A DNA stretch of 63,557 bases, the filler included, from Octopus bimaculoides (lineage: Eukaryota), in the NCBI RefSeq assembly GCF_001194135.2. It is 7 parts of 6 records of this genome, joined end to end, with 100 filler letters (N's around TTAATTAATTAA, not from the genome) between each part and the next. Parts side by side here need not be neighbours in the genome. Positions count along the whole stretch, not along the records: positions 1 to 14,334 come from NC_068988.1; positions 14,435 to 31,434 come from NC_068983.1; 5 more parts are not named here. One strand, given 5' to 3'. Position 1 is the stretch's first letter, and each line of letters starts with the position of its first letter. A program made the position numbers and the translations under genes. The notes below the pieces were generated by a model. That model did not search any database. It worked only from the letters and a program-made list of their open reading frames with translations, and had not been told where the DNA came from. Below, piece by piece: positions 12,640 to 25,486 of this stretch.

Positions 12640-13394
12640 AAAACATCACCCAAGAATGAAACAAGCATTCGAAAGTACACAAAATAATCAAAAGTAAAAG
12701 ACAATCAAAGTCCCTCAAAAAAATCCTCACAAGTTTTAAATTACCTACCACAATTCCTACACCGACAGTCAAAAAGTGTGGCCGCCCCAATTGCAGGACC
12801 TGCATCAACCTTATTGAAAACACAACATACAAATTCAAATCAGGACAGACTTTTAACGTAAAAATCACGTTACATGTTCTTCAAGTAATTTAATATGCGC
12901 TATCAAATGTCAAAGATCTAATGAAGATTACGTAGGTCACCAGACAGATTAAATAGTGCCTTGATTATAACTTGAGTGCCTTGATTATAACTTACAATGT
13001 TCACTCAACTGTGTCAACCTTCTTTTTAGGCGTAAAATATACTGTCACATGATGCTAACGCACGGACGTAGCGGGAAAAGTACAAAAGGTTATAAACTTA
13101 ATCATGTGTTCATTCTCTACAAACATTTGACAGAAAACATTCAGAATATTGATTCCTTGGACATGTTCAACCTTAGCTTACGACGCCGTAGCGGGGAACC
13201 TACAAACATTTCTACGACCAGTACCAATCAAATCCTATTCAAAGCATATAGCTGCAACAAAAGCCATGTCTTTTTATTTGAACTTTTTGAAAACCAGTGT
13301 AAACTGTGAAACCGGTTAATGCTTTAAATATATTAATGAAACATTTATCAACTATTCCCAGTGCATTTTCAACTTCTATCCTTCCTAAATTTCC
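12640..13394 (+). mobile_element. Second, internally deleted copy of the Penelope-like element at 7.4-8.9 kb
   Basis: 12640-12940 closely matches ~7752-8060; 12950-13390 matches ~8420-8915. Confidence 0.85.
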
Positions 13395-13725
13395 NNNNNN
13401 NNNNNNNNNNNNNNNNNNNNNNNNNNNNNNNNNNNNNNNNNNNNNNNNNNNNNNNNNNNNNNNNNNNNNNNNNNNNNNNNNNNNNNNNNNNNNNNNNNNN
13501 NNNTTGAGAAAAAGCGTCGTCAGAATTTGGAAAAAAACTTTTTATTTCTTCGATATTATTAGCGTTTTCGTTCGTTTCTCGAATTTGTAAAATAGAATTT
13601 TGTTTTAATGTATAAACAGCTTGTTCATTTATATAAAACATGAGTTTTGGGGGAGTTTTGTTTAGAAAAAGAGAATATTGTTTTTTTTTTGTTTGTTTTT
13701 TCATGAGTTTCCATGACAATGGAGA

Positions 13726-13742
13726 TAGATAGATAGACAGAT

Positions 13743-13805
<63 letters not shown>

Positions 13806-13830
13806 CAGATAGATAGATAGATAGATAGAT
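13726..13830. repeat. (GATA)n microsatellite
   Basis: Directly visible. Confidence 0.95.
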
Positions 13831-14334
13831 AAGGGGGATCCCCCTTCCTATTCACCATTCATTTATTTATTTAGTATTTACCATTGTATTGGAATGGGTT
13901 TAAGGATGGTGACCTCTTCCCTTCCCACTTTTCCCTTTCCTTCTTTTTTCTCCTCTTTCTTTCTTTTTCCCTCTTTCTTTCTTTTTCTCCTCTTTGAGTT
14001 ATATTTAGAATACAAAATGCATTGTCTCTCCTTTTCTTTCAAACATTCAATGTTAGAAAGAATTTTTTGATGAAATGTAGTTCTGTATGAGAAACCATTA
14101 GTATAGGAGGCAGAAGAACTGGGCCTCCTACTTAGATTGACATATGACGATGTATATCTAGATAAACACGACCTTAGAAGTTTCTGTCCTAGTAGACGTT
14201 TAAGAGGTAGACCACCCACAATTACTTCTATGGCTAGGAAGACCCCTATAGAGAGATGGAGCGGATGGACCAGAGCCATACGGACCCCCGCTAATGTTCA
14301 TCTGGTATACACACACACACACACACACACAGAC

Positions 14335-14434
14335 NNNNNNNNNNNNNNNNNNNNNNNNNNNNNNNNNNNNNNNNNNNNTTAATTAATTAANNNNNNNNNN
14401 NNNNNNNNNNNNNNNNNNNNNNNNNNNNNNNNNN
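14335..14434. other. Artificial 100-bp assembly spacer N44-TTAATTAATTAA-N44 (also centred at 31479, 44974, 58652, 60829, 62402)
   Basis: Identical 12-mer flanked by N runs six times. Confidence 0.95.
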
Positions 14435-14551
14435 AAAATTTAATTAAATTTCACAGTATTAAATATATATATTTATTTATATGTGACAGTGGATTTTCAT
14501 CGATGAACCTTGGTTCTTTACTCTAAAACTATATATATATATATATATATT

Positions 14552-14591
<40 letters not shown>

Positions 14592-15017
14592 CTCATCATC
14601 AGATATTGTCAGCTCAGAAAAGTATTAAGATCGCGATTTTTCTTGTGCTTACATTTATGTTTCGTCGTATTTTAAGTTTCCATTTCTTGGTATTAACCAC
14701 CCACGTAATTCTTGGTTTTCTGTTGATATCATTTCTTCAAGACATCACCATAGATTGTTTGTAGATTGACGGCTGTTTTCGGAGGAAGTATATCAAAATG
14801 GAGTCGAAGAAATAGTTGCATTTTTCGTGTATGGTTATCGAAAGATTGCTTGAGGCGATGTTTCAAAGAAAGTATATCAAAAGTGAAAGTATTTTTCGGC
14901 AATTTCTGTGAAAATTGTTTTTTCAGCTGAATCGCTTATGTTTGTGTATGTATGTGTTTATGTGTTTATGTATGTATATATGTGTAAGTCTATGCATGTA
15001 TATATTTGTGCATGTAA

Positions 15018-15726
15018 GGGATCTTGTTCAAAACGGGGGCACCAGTATTTTCTTAACGAAACACTTTGAAACTTGGGACACTGGTAGAATGTGTCATATA
15101 AAACATCTTTTTCTCTTAGTCTTCTTAAGAAAAATTATTACATTGCAAGTTATTTCATGTTAAAGTTGTCGTATTTCTGTAATTTCAACCAATGACTGAC
15201 GTCCATTCAGCCGAATACAGTAAGTGCTGACTACGTAAACAAACGATTCTGGCGGTGATAAAATTATTATTTCCTTGTCAAAAAATGGCTGAAGCATATT
15301 GGCAGTAGCTAATAAACCTTTCTATTATAGGCACAAGGCATGGTTTTTGAGGTTAGGGTTAGGGCAAATGTTGTACACATACAGTTCAGGCAGATGTTAA
15401 CGAAATTATATTAAAAATAAAACGAAGGAAAACGAACACACGTGTGTTGCCTCTCTGCAAAATATCAGAAGTAATGGAGATTAAATACGCTTTACACCGC
15501 TTAAACTGCCAAAGGAGTAACTGTAAACAGCTGAATACTTGTCAGTGATTGGTTGAAATTATCGAAATAAGACAATTTTTTACATGAAATAACTTTGAAT
15601 ACAAAAATTTTTTTCTGTTCTATAACACAAAATAGATAAGTATACGAAGTTTGAAAGTCTTTCCGTACCAAAAACACTACGTAAAACATTAATGAAAACT
15701 GGTGCCCCCGTTTTATAAAAGATCCC
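15018..15726 (+). mobile_element. Non-autonomous DNA transposon (MITE) with ~29-bp GGGATC TIRs and a 6-bp TSD (ATGTAA)
   Basis: gggatcttgttcaaaacgggggcaccagt ... actggtgcccccgttttataaaagatccc; ATGTAA at 15012-15017 and 15727-15732. Confidence 0.88.
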
Positions 15727-16794
15727 ATGTAAGTATATGTATGTCTATATTTGTGTGTTTATAACGCATCCATGCACATTAGCACATACAGACATATGCT
15801 TACATATACAAATATACATACATACACAAGAAATACATAAACAAGCGATTCAGTTGCAGAAAAAAAATTGAAGAAATATAAAACTGTTACGAAAATTGCC
15901 AAATACATTTAGTTTTGATATTTTTTCTCCGAAAGACAGCCCAGTTAATGAACAAATAAACACAAATTACCTTTAGTAAATGTTGAAAAGTATGTAAAAT
16001 GTAGCATTCGTCAGTTTCATTTTTTTTTCTTGACATCCAACCAAAAGAACTAAATTCTTCGTGGGTCATTCTTCGTTTTGATTTGCAGAAATGTCATTTG
16101 GATCAGCTAGTTTTGTTCGTTAATTTCCGTAATTTTTTTTTATTTATTTACTTTTTGTTTTCATGATGTGGGGAAGGCGACATTTGCTTTGAAGTGAGAG
16201 TAGAAAGTGAAAGATGTATGGACATGTGATCTTGGTTAATTCAACTGATAACAATTGGATTGCCGTGAACCCAGTGACTCATGAAAACATACGAACTATT
16301 CTGTTGGTTAAGCAGTCAAGCCGTCCTATCCATGCCAGCATGGAAAACGAACATTAAATGATGATGATGGTGATTAAAACCGTTTGAAATCATTACTAAT
16401 GATATCCATTCACCAGAATAATGAGACGATGGGGTGCAGCTGCTTGGACACTGGAAATCTGGCATGGCTGACTGGGCACTGAATCTATTTTGGCCACTGT
16501 TTGATACTGGAGCCAAGCATACACCTGTAAGTGTAGTCAGAAATATTCACATACAGAAAGGTGAGGATGGGTGGGGGGTGCTAACATGATTAAAATATTC
16601 GCATTCTCTGTCGTCATACATGTGAAGAGAAATATGCTCACACCCATAAACAGAGAGAGAGGAGAGAGTTGAGTGTCTTATCAGCTATGCCAAATATGTG
16701 GTACGAAAACAGCTCTGCCAAAATGTCTCATACCATTAACCATTAACTCATTTACATCTTGCACAGTTTTTGTTTGTTTGAAATTATTCTTTTA

Positions 16795-17125
16795 TTCTTT
16801 TACTTGTTTCAGTCATTTGACTGCTGCCATGCTGGAGCACCGCCTTTAGTCGAATCAAATCGAACCCCAGGACTTATTCTTTGTAAGCCTAGTACTTATT
16901 CTATCGGTCTCTTTTGCTGAACTGCTAAGTTACGGGGACGTAAACACACCAGCATCAGTTGTCAAGCGATGTTGGGGGGACAAACACAGATGCACAACAT
17001 TATACACTCACATACATACATAGCCCGAGGCTATAGTAGAAGACACTTGCCCAAGGTGCCACGCAGTGGGACTGAACCTGGAACCATGTTGGTAAGCAAG
17101 CTACTTACCACAGAGCCACGTCTGC
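16795..17125 (-). mobile_element. tRNA-derived SINE family A (head ggcgcaggagtggctgtgtggtaag), internally deleted
   Basis: Matches other copies at 17336, 24030, 37700 and 50120. Confidence 0.85.
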
Positions 17126-17335
17126 ACTTATCTTGATATATTTCACAAATCATTTCATCCCTTATGAGTTCATTTCTGGCAAGCCATGCCAGTTAGTGTA
17201 AAATAGCGAGTGTCTCATCTTGAACCACATATGGTGGGTGCATGCCATCACCATTCAACGTGGTGCGTGGTGTATAAGCACCCTTCATACTTAGACAGAA
17301 TAGCCCTGTTACTAGTAGCCAAGCCATCATTTATA

Positions 17336-17690
17336 GGCACAGGAGTGGTTGTGTAGTAAGTAGCTTGCTTACCAACCACATGGTTCCGGGTTCAGTCCCA
17401 TTGTGTGGCACCTTGGGCAAGTGTCTTCTACTATAGCCTCGGGCCGACTAAAGCCTTGTGAGTGGATTTGGTAGAGGGAAACTGAAAGAAGCGCGTCGTA
17501 TATATTTACATATATATATATATGTGTGTGTGTGTGTGTATATGTTTGTGTGTCTGTGTTTGTCCCTCCAACATCGCTTGACAACCAATGCTGGTGTGTT
17601 TACGTCCCCGTAACTAGCAGTTCGGCAAAAGAGAGCGATAGAATAAGTACTAGGCTTACAAAGAATAAGTCCTGGGGTCGATTTGCTGAC
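17336..17690 (+). mobile_element. tRNA-derived SINE family A
   Basis: A-box-like gtggttgtgtagtaag, B-box ggttcagtccc, body caccttgggcaagtgtc, internal (TA/TG)n. Confidence 0.88.
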
Positions 17691-17789
17691 ACTTGCTTAC
17701 AACTATCTAGTGATGTCAAAACAAAGTGACAGTAAACAGCAACACACACACACACACAAGGTTATCAATGACACCGCTAATTGACACAT

Positions 17790-18330
17790 TTGACGCATTA
17801 ATTAGCATAATAGCATAACCTAGAAAAAACATGGATTACATGTAAAAATGCAAGCAATAGAAATATCTTAAGATTATAAACCTGGAAAAGTACAAGACAA
17901 GTTTTTACACGTGGAAAAGTTCAGGACAAGTTGTTACAATTGGTAAAGTGCAGAACAAGAAAATTTTTACTTAAAATATGGCAGCTAAGAATAAAATATT
18001 TTAATTGAGTTATTTTTTATTTTTAATAGAAGTAACAAGTAATAACATAGAGAAGTAATAACTTCTAATAAAATTTTTAGTTTTAATAAAAGCTAATATT
18101 TTCTAAATCTAAATATTTTATTTGAGATTTTATCCTTAGCTGCAATATTTTAAGCAAACATTTTCTTCTCCTGTACTTTACCAGATGTAATAACTTGTTC
18201 TGTACCTTTCCAGATTTATAATCTTAAGAATATTGTTTCTCTTGCTCACATTTTTCCATGTAGTATATATATTTTCAGTTATTAAGTATTTTGTTACAAT
18301 ATCTCTGTTGAAATACCTTGGCTTTGCCTC
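17790..18330. repeat. Degenerate foldback: ~180-bp inverted arms around a ~130-bp AT-rich spacer
   Basis: cttaagattataaacctggaaaagtac...gcagctaagaataaaat (17.87-18.0 kb) versus its reverse complement at 18.13-18.27 kb. Confidence 0.7.
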
Positions 18331-18669
18331 AATTAATTTTGAAACTAATGAAGGATTTAGTAAAATAACTGTCATTATTAAGCAGGTATTTTTTTAATTT
18401 AGACCACTTAGAAATAGGAAGTTTGTACCATAGAACTATAGGCAGTCTCAGATGGGTTGGTAGCAGAACAGTTAAAATGTTATTGACTTAATTATTTGAC
18501 TATTTATGTTATTTGTGAAACTTGACATTATTTCCTGTGACTTCTTCCTTGTGTTTCCTTTTCTTGTGACTTATTTTCCTTTCTGTACAGAAAAAATAAT
18601 GTAATTTCTTCAATACTCTTTTTTCCTCTCTCTAAAAACCTTTTAATTTGTAAATGGATGTACATATAT

Positions 18670-18830
18670 AGGCACAGGTGTGGCTAGGTGGTAAGAAGTT
18701 TGCTTCCCAACTTCATGGTTACAGGTTAGTGGAACCATGTAGTTCCACTGCACCTTGGGCAAGTGTCTTCTACAATAGCCTCAAGCCAACCAAAGTGGAT
18801 TTGGTAGACGGAAATTGAGAGAAGCCCATT
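18670..18830 (+). mobile_element. SINE family A head fragment
   Basis: aggcacaggtgtggctaggtggtaagaag...caccttgggcaagtgtc. Confidence 0.8.
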
Positions 18831-19899
18831 GTATTCTCTAGAATATACTCTTGTGTATGTGCCCTTGTCTCAATATTGTATGATGGTTGTAAATGACAAG
18901 GGTTCTAGATTATTATTATTTTTTTTTTTTACTTAATTTTTGAGAGCGGTCGGGTTCATTTTTTAGTATTTTCGTTTGTGAGAGCAGTCGAGTTTATTTC
19001 AGATATTCTCATTTTAAAAGACACCTCCGGCTAATCGTTGAAAGGATGTTGGTGTTGCCTTGGCAGAGGTTTACCAAAATTTTCATCACATCAACTGCAT
19101 CCTGTGATCACTTACACTGTTATGGGAAAATGTTTAACATGAAATAATAAATAGTTAAGTGAGGTTAACAATTTTTGTATGTGTTTTTCGAATGGTTTAA
19201 GTTTCAACACTCAATACCAAACCCACTCGTCAGACAAGCACATCTCTGAAATAGAAAGTTCTGGTTATTTTCCTTTATTTATTTCAGTCATTGGACTGTG
19301 GCCATGCTGGAGCACTGTCCTAAAGGGTTTACTCAAACAGATCAAAAATCACTATTTATTTTTAAGTCTGGTATTTATTCGATCGTTCTCTTTTGCCAAA
19401 CTACTAAGTTACAGGAATATAAATAAAAAAATCACCAGTTGGCAAATGGTGAAAGACAGTCTCTCTCACACACACACATACCACGCACACAAACACACTG
19501 TCACACACACACACACATGCGTGTGTGCTCGACTTCTGTCTACCAATTCACAAGTTTCTGTCTATCTTATCCATTCACGAAGCATCGGTCGGTCCGGGGC
19601 TATATAGAAAACACTTGCCCAAGGTGTGCATTCGGCCTTTGAAAATTTGTTTCAGTGAACTGTGCGTCACATTTAATGCATGCATAGAAAACGATTATGT
19701 TCGTACAGACATGCATGTACTAAATCTTCTCTGGTAGCCGAACATAATGAAAGCATTAGGTACAACGTGGAAATTGAAACGAACGACAAATTCAAGAATC
19801 CCTCCACATCGTCGGATCGGTCTCCTCTCCCCCCTCCCCATCCATCTATTTATCTATCACCGTACGACATAGTAAAAAGAAGATTTGGCTGCTATTTCT

Positions 19900-20093
19900 A
19901 GTAGCCCGAGGCGCGAAATTGTAACACAGTGCTGACATCTATTTTGCAAGGGAGTTACCCGCCCCTTCTCTGAGAGCAAGTGCCCTGGTTTCATTTGCCT
20001 AAGTTCCACTTGGCCTTATGTGAAACATACAAATAGTCGCTCCCTCTTATAGCATTATTAGTTGTCTGAAATCTTTATTATCATCACACCACC
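19900..20093 (+). promoter_or_regulatory. Putative proximal promoter/5' UTR of the TUT1-like gene
   Basis: CpG-retaining DNA with E2F-like GGCGCGAAA (19910-19918) and GC-box CCCGCCCC (19958-19965), followed by a strong Kozak CCACC-ATG; motif function is inferred. Confidence 0.4.
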
Positions 20094-20136
20094 ATGAATT
20101 TTGCCTGTGAAATATGCAATATTGGATTTACGTCCG
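20094..20136 (+). CDS. TUT1: Coding exon 1 of a TUT1/Star-PAP-like terminal uridylyltransferase (MNFACEICNIGFTS, first half of the C2H2 finger)
   Basis: Kozak ATG; CxxC; donor G|GTGAGC in phase 1 matches the phase-1 acceptor at 29986 and completes CxxC-x12-HxxxxxH. Confidence 0.82.
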
Positions 20137-20821
20137 GTGAGCATAATTCTTTCATTTTCTTTAAATCATTGACCATATTCCATTGAAGGTTATATTACTA
20201 TATACATATAAAAATGTATTCTCAATGCAGATCCCAGTGTGTTGTGGCAACTTATAAACTAGAATAACAACGATGTCTCGAATCTTTTGAGGATTCATTC
20301 ATCGACATGTTTAAGTTTATATTAAAAGAGTTTGCAGGATGTTACTGAAGACACGATTTAATCTTCTAACTAATCATTTCACGTCACTTTTGTATCGATA
20401 TTTTGGACGATACTCTCCCCCTTGTGTCTATGTTTGAAAGTAAATAGTTTTTGAGGAGGGAATGAACATTGGTTTCCCACTTTCTTTGTTCTATACTCTT
20501 CTGCTATGTGTTTATGTAAAAAAAAAAAATAGAAAGATTTCTGAAGATGAAAAAGAAAATCTAAAAACAAAACCACTTCGCATTTGCTGTCTCGACTCCA
20601 TATTGCTGGTTAAACAAGGTTTCTGTCAAAATTTAATCCTTGCAGGCTTTGATTAACAACTAGAAAATAGTGATGGAACTAGCTAAGTTTAATATAGTTT
20701 GTGAATGTTTTTGTTATGTTTGTAAAGAAATCAATATACTATTACATCGCGGTTAGTCTGACTGCAGATCTCCTTATCCACCTCCAAACTATTTTTGGGT
20801 AGCATTGTTTTATAATAATAA

Positions 20822-20965
20822 TAACCCTTTCTACTATAGGCACAAGGCCTGAAATTTTGGTGTAGGGGGCTAGACTATAACATCGACTCCAGTACTTAAC
20901 TGGTACTTATTTCATTGACCCCCCGAAAGAATGAAAAGCAAAGTTGGCTTTGACGGAATTTGAAT
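20822..20965 (-). mobile_element. SINE family D fragment (Deu-domain-like core)
   Basis: Reverse complement reads ...ctttgcttttcattctttcgggggtcaatgaaataagtaccagt..., the same family as 51615-52085; domain name from recollection. Confidence 0.65.
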
Positions 20966-21598
20966 AATTAATAATAATAATAATTTTTCTACTCTAAGTA
21001 ATTTCTAAGTTAGGTTAGAGTATCAATCAAGCCGGAGTATCGATATTGCCGAATCACATTACGGATGTGAATAAATAAATGCGCAGATTACGTGGCCAAG
21101 GTTGCTTTTTACTGCAACCTAATTGTCTTAGCTGCAATATAACCACCTCGGTTCAAATTACCAAGTATTTGCAGTTGTTGAAGATCTACATAGCGACCCT
21201 CGGTAACAAAACGAAAGAGACCACGTCGAAAACGAAGTGCTACAATCAACCCAGTTTACGAATAAATCATCGAGTTAATTACTGTTTGTGATTTATTTTA
21301 CAGAATATATAACAAGCACACGTGTATTTTTTGTAGATTTTGCTTGTATTGCATGCGAGTAAGCAACGAGGGAAGGCCAGTGATTAGCGAGACTAATTAA
21401 GCTGGCTTATTACCGTTTTATAAACAGTAAAGTACTGTATATTAAAATTTTGTAGGTATTCGAGGATTCAAGCATGTGGCCCCATACGGTATATATCAGA
21501 ATGTTGTTTACGTGCGTAGATATTCGACAACTTCATATTATTTCGGAGATGATTTTGCCGAGTGATTTAATCGGCAGTTGTGTGTGTTGCAGTTAGAC

Positions 21599-22081
21599 CA
21601 GTGGTTCCCAACCTGTGGTCCGCAAAGCTAGTGCTGGGGTCCGTGAACTAAATTCAGAATTTCATATATATATATATATAATTCTTCGAAACGCTTAGTT
21701 TAGAATAGGGGCAGCTAATGACGGAAATATTCCCTATGTGGCCTGTTTGTTTTCTGTGTTCTGTTTATGTTCTGTTTTTCATTTTGTCCACGTTTTTTTG
21801 TGACGTCTTGTACCCAGATATGCATCTATATATACATGTAGATGTAGGTATGTACATACGTGTACGTATACATGCATATACTCACATATTATTTGTATTA
21901 TTATTATTATATNNNNNNNNNNNNNNNNNNNNNNNNNNNNNNNNNNNNNNNNNNNNNNNNNNNNNNNNNNNNNNNNNNNATATATATATATATATATATA
22001 TATAAAAGGATAAGCATATTAAAAGGGGTCCGTGGAAAAACTCGTTTAAATATATGGGGTGCTTGATAGAGAGAACCACTG
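21599..22081. mobile_element. hAT-type MITE
   Basis: CAGTGGTTCCCAACC...GAGAACCACTG termini; 8-bp flanks agttagac/cattagac. Confidence 0.8.
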
Positions 22082-24029
22082 CATTAGACCATTCGAAAGC
22101 ATGCACAAAAACTGTTAACTTAAACGTTTATTCAGTTTTGACACCGAATTAAAAGTAATACATGTTTAAATAAGATTAACAGTCGTTGTGTTTTTGAATG
22201 GCCAATCTGTCTCTTCCACGCTGCTGTAAATGTTAGTCCGTCTCTACCAATGTTTTACCGTATTAGTTATCTGGGAACATATTCTTACTAAAGTCGCTAA
22301 AGTTTTTACTGTTTACTCTCGGGTCGGTTACGAGCAACTTGGTCCACGATCAAAGTATTCCCTCCATAAAAACCGTGAACTCTTATTTTCAAGTGTAGTG
22401 ATCTTTGAACCAGCTTATCTTAAGAGTTTCTATTTTATTTATTTATTTATTTATTCAATACTGTAAGATGTTTAAGAGATTTGACTGCTATTTCTTGCAG
22501 GTCATTCGATCACATAGGGCGAGCATAGGTCATCTTTTTACTTTGTTTTATTTTTGAAAAGCGAGCCGCACTGCTAAAAATAAAAGTTAACTTTTCGTCA
22601 GGCGTGTCTTGCAGAAAGTCCCGCGGGCCGCAGGTTGCACATGTCTGACATAGTCTTTCACTATGCGATCTCTTTAATAACGAAAGCAACCGGAATTTGC
22701 AGATATTCGTATGTGTGCGGGAATGTGTGACAAATTACAAATGCATGTGTATTGTGTATATACAACTGCCTAATGTTTGATAAGTTAGAGAGAGTTAACA
22801 GTGTCACTATATATGGATAGGTTTCTTAAGTTATCTTATACTCATAGAAAGGCCGTGAGCCCTATCCTTTATCTTAAGACTAACCAAGAAATTTATTGTT
22901 GCTCACATGGAAAAATAGCACGATAATTGTGTAGTTAATCAGCAATGGCCTTTTTTTTTTTTTATCTCCAAGGACATCTATGCTTTAACTGTGCTTGTTA
23001 ACGATGTCCGTTTGATATGTGTTAAATCACATAAACTATGGAAACATCGAAATTCTTAAAGATCTTATAAATTTTTGCATCAAATTAAAAACGAGAACGT
23101 TTATAATGAATGAAGTTTGCGTGTTATTTGGTTCTTAGTTAATTGCGTTTTTACTTCGTCTTGTTTTCACTTTTACCGCTGCCTTTTCGGTTTATTGGCG
23201 AAAGTGAAAGAGTTTTTCTCATTTGTTTCAGCCATTTTGGGTGGGGCACCACCTTCAAGGATTTCTCTCAAATAAATTGACCCAAGTACTTAGGTTTTAT
23301 TCTATTCTATTCTTAGGCTGATGCTTATTCTAACGGTCTCGGGCGAAAGTAAAGAATACGTACACCCGGTGATTAGTGTTACAGTTTTTGTTACACCGAA
23401 AACGGGTGGTGTAAGTATTCTTTACCCCCGCTGCGGTCTCATTTGCCGAGCAGCTAAGTTACGGAGACGTCAACAAACCAACTCATGTTGTCAAACAGTG
23501 TTGGGGGCGGGACGCACATGCACGACGGATTTCTTTCGGCTTCTGTCTATCAAATTTACTCGAGGTTTTGGTCGTGCGGATACAATAGAAGAACCCTTGC
23601 CCAAGGTACCACACAACTTGATTGCATCCAGAATCATGGGATTGTCTCATTTCTTCGGACTAACCACGGAAGTTATTGTTGCTCACATGGAAAAATACGA
23701 TATTAGTGTTTGTAATCAACAATGCCCATTTTACCCCCAGGGACGTCTGCAATCTTCCTGTTCTTGTGACAAACTTTAAATCACTTAAGCTATTGGAACG
23801 GTTACGAAATCTCGAACATAACGAAATAACGTTACGAACAGCTTTGAAGTTTTGCATCAAAACCAAAACGAGGGCATGTTTCGTGTTCGTTTATTGCGTC
23901 TTTCACTTTTAACCGATGCCATTTTAGTTCGTTGGCGAAAGTGAAAGCTCTGAAAGAGTCAGTCACATTATTTTCGGTAAATTGTGTGAGTGGAGGACAT
24001 ATTTATAAAAGGACAGGATATCATTTTCG

Positions 24030-24445
24030 TTTACTCTTTACTCTTTTTCACTCTTTTGTTTCAGTCATTTGACTGTGGCCATGCTGGAGCACCGCCTTTA
24101 GTCGAGCAAATCGACCCCAGGACTTATTCTTTGTAAGCCTAGTACTTCTATCGGGTTCTTTTTGCCGAACCGCTAAGTTACGGGACGTAAACACACCAGC
24201 ATCGGTTGTCAAGCGATGTTGGGGGGACCAACACAGATACACAAACATACACACACATATATACATATATATGCATATATACGACGGGCTTCTTTCAGTT
24301 TCCGTCTACCAAATTCACTAACAAGGCTTTGGTCGGCCTGAGGCTATAGTAGAAGACACTTGACCAAGGTGCCACGCAGTGGGACTGAACCCGGAACCAT
24401 GTGGTTGGTAAGCAAGCTATTTACCACACAGCCACTCCTGCGCCT
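24030..24445 (-). mobile_element. Full-length SINE family A
   Basis: tRNA-like head at 24445, internal (TA/CA)n, (AAAAGAGT)-type tail. Confidence 0.9.
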
Positions 24446-25069
24446 GAGTTGCAATTTTTTTTTTTTTTTTCATTGAATGAATTCCTGTGACCTCCTTATA
24501 TGCTACAAAACCCTTTGGCGGGGTCCGAAAAACGGAGTGGGGTGAAGTGGAAGCCTCGGAAAATTCACACCCCTTCACTTCCATTGATCTTTTTACTCAC
24601 ACGATNNNNNNNNNNNNNNNNNNNNNNNNNNNNNNNNNNNNNNNNNNNNNNNNNNNNNNNNNNNNNNNNNNNNNNNNNNNNNNNNNNNNNNNNNNNNNNN
24701 NNNNNNNNNNNNNNNNNNNNNNNNNNNNNNNNNNNNNNNNNNNNNNNNNNNNNNNNNNNNNNNNNNNNNNNNNNNNNNNNNNNNNNNNNNNNNNNNNNNN
24801 NNNNNNNNNNNNNNNNNNNNNNNNNNNNNNNNNNNNNNNNNNNNNNNNNNNNNNNNNNNNNNNNNNNNNNNNNNNNNNNNNNNNNNNNNNNNNNNNNNNN
24901 NNNNNNNNNNNNNNNNNNNNNNNNNNNNNNNNNNNNNNNNNNNNNNNNNNNNNNNNNNNNNNNNNNNNNNNNNNNNNNNNNNNNNNNNNNNNNNNNNNNN
25001 NNNNNTTTTTTTTTTTTTTTTGTCTTAGTGAAAATCGTGCGGGTGTTAATATAAAAATTTTACCCGGGT

Positions 25070-25380
25070 TTTGATCCCACTGTGTGGCACCTTGGGGAAG
25101 TGTCTTCTATAATCCTCAGGTCGACCAAAGTCTTGTGAGTGGATTTGATAGACAGAAACTTAAAGACGCCCATCGTATATACTTGTGTGTCTGTGTTTGT
25201 TCCCAACCAGTGCTAGTATGTTTACATTCCTTTAACTTAGCAGTTCAGCAAAAGAGACTGGTAGAATATGTACTGGGCTTACAAAGAATGAGTCCTGTGG
25301 TTGATTTGTTCGACTAAAGGCAGTGCTCCAGCATGGCTGTAGTCAAATGACAAGCAAGTAAAAGAATAAAAGTAAAAAGA
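25070..25380 (+). mobile_element. SINE family A, 5'-truncated
   Basis: Body and tail match the consensus seen in other copies. Confidence 0.8.
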
Positions 25381-25486
25381 ACATTAGAATGGGATTGAAT
25401 ACTTATCACTTTACCGTTTTTACTCAATATTGTATTGTAAGTAACTTCACTGTTGCGATAGAAATATTTATATGTATGTGTAAAAG

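Noticed and set aside
14379-14390. TTAATTAATTAA recurring six times
   Set aside because: Always centred in N44 flanks; an artificial assembly spacer, not biology
21000-21600. Possible intronic snRNA/snoRNA in CpG-rich unique DNA
   Set aside because: No U-snRNA 5' signature or paired C/D or H/ACA boxes found
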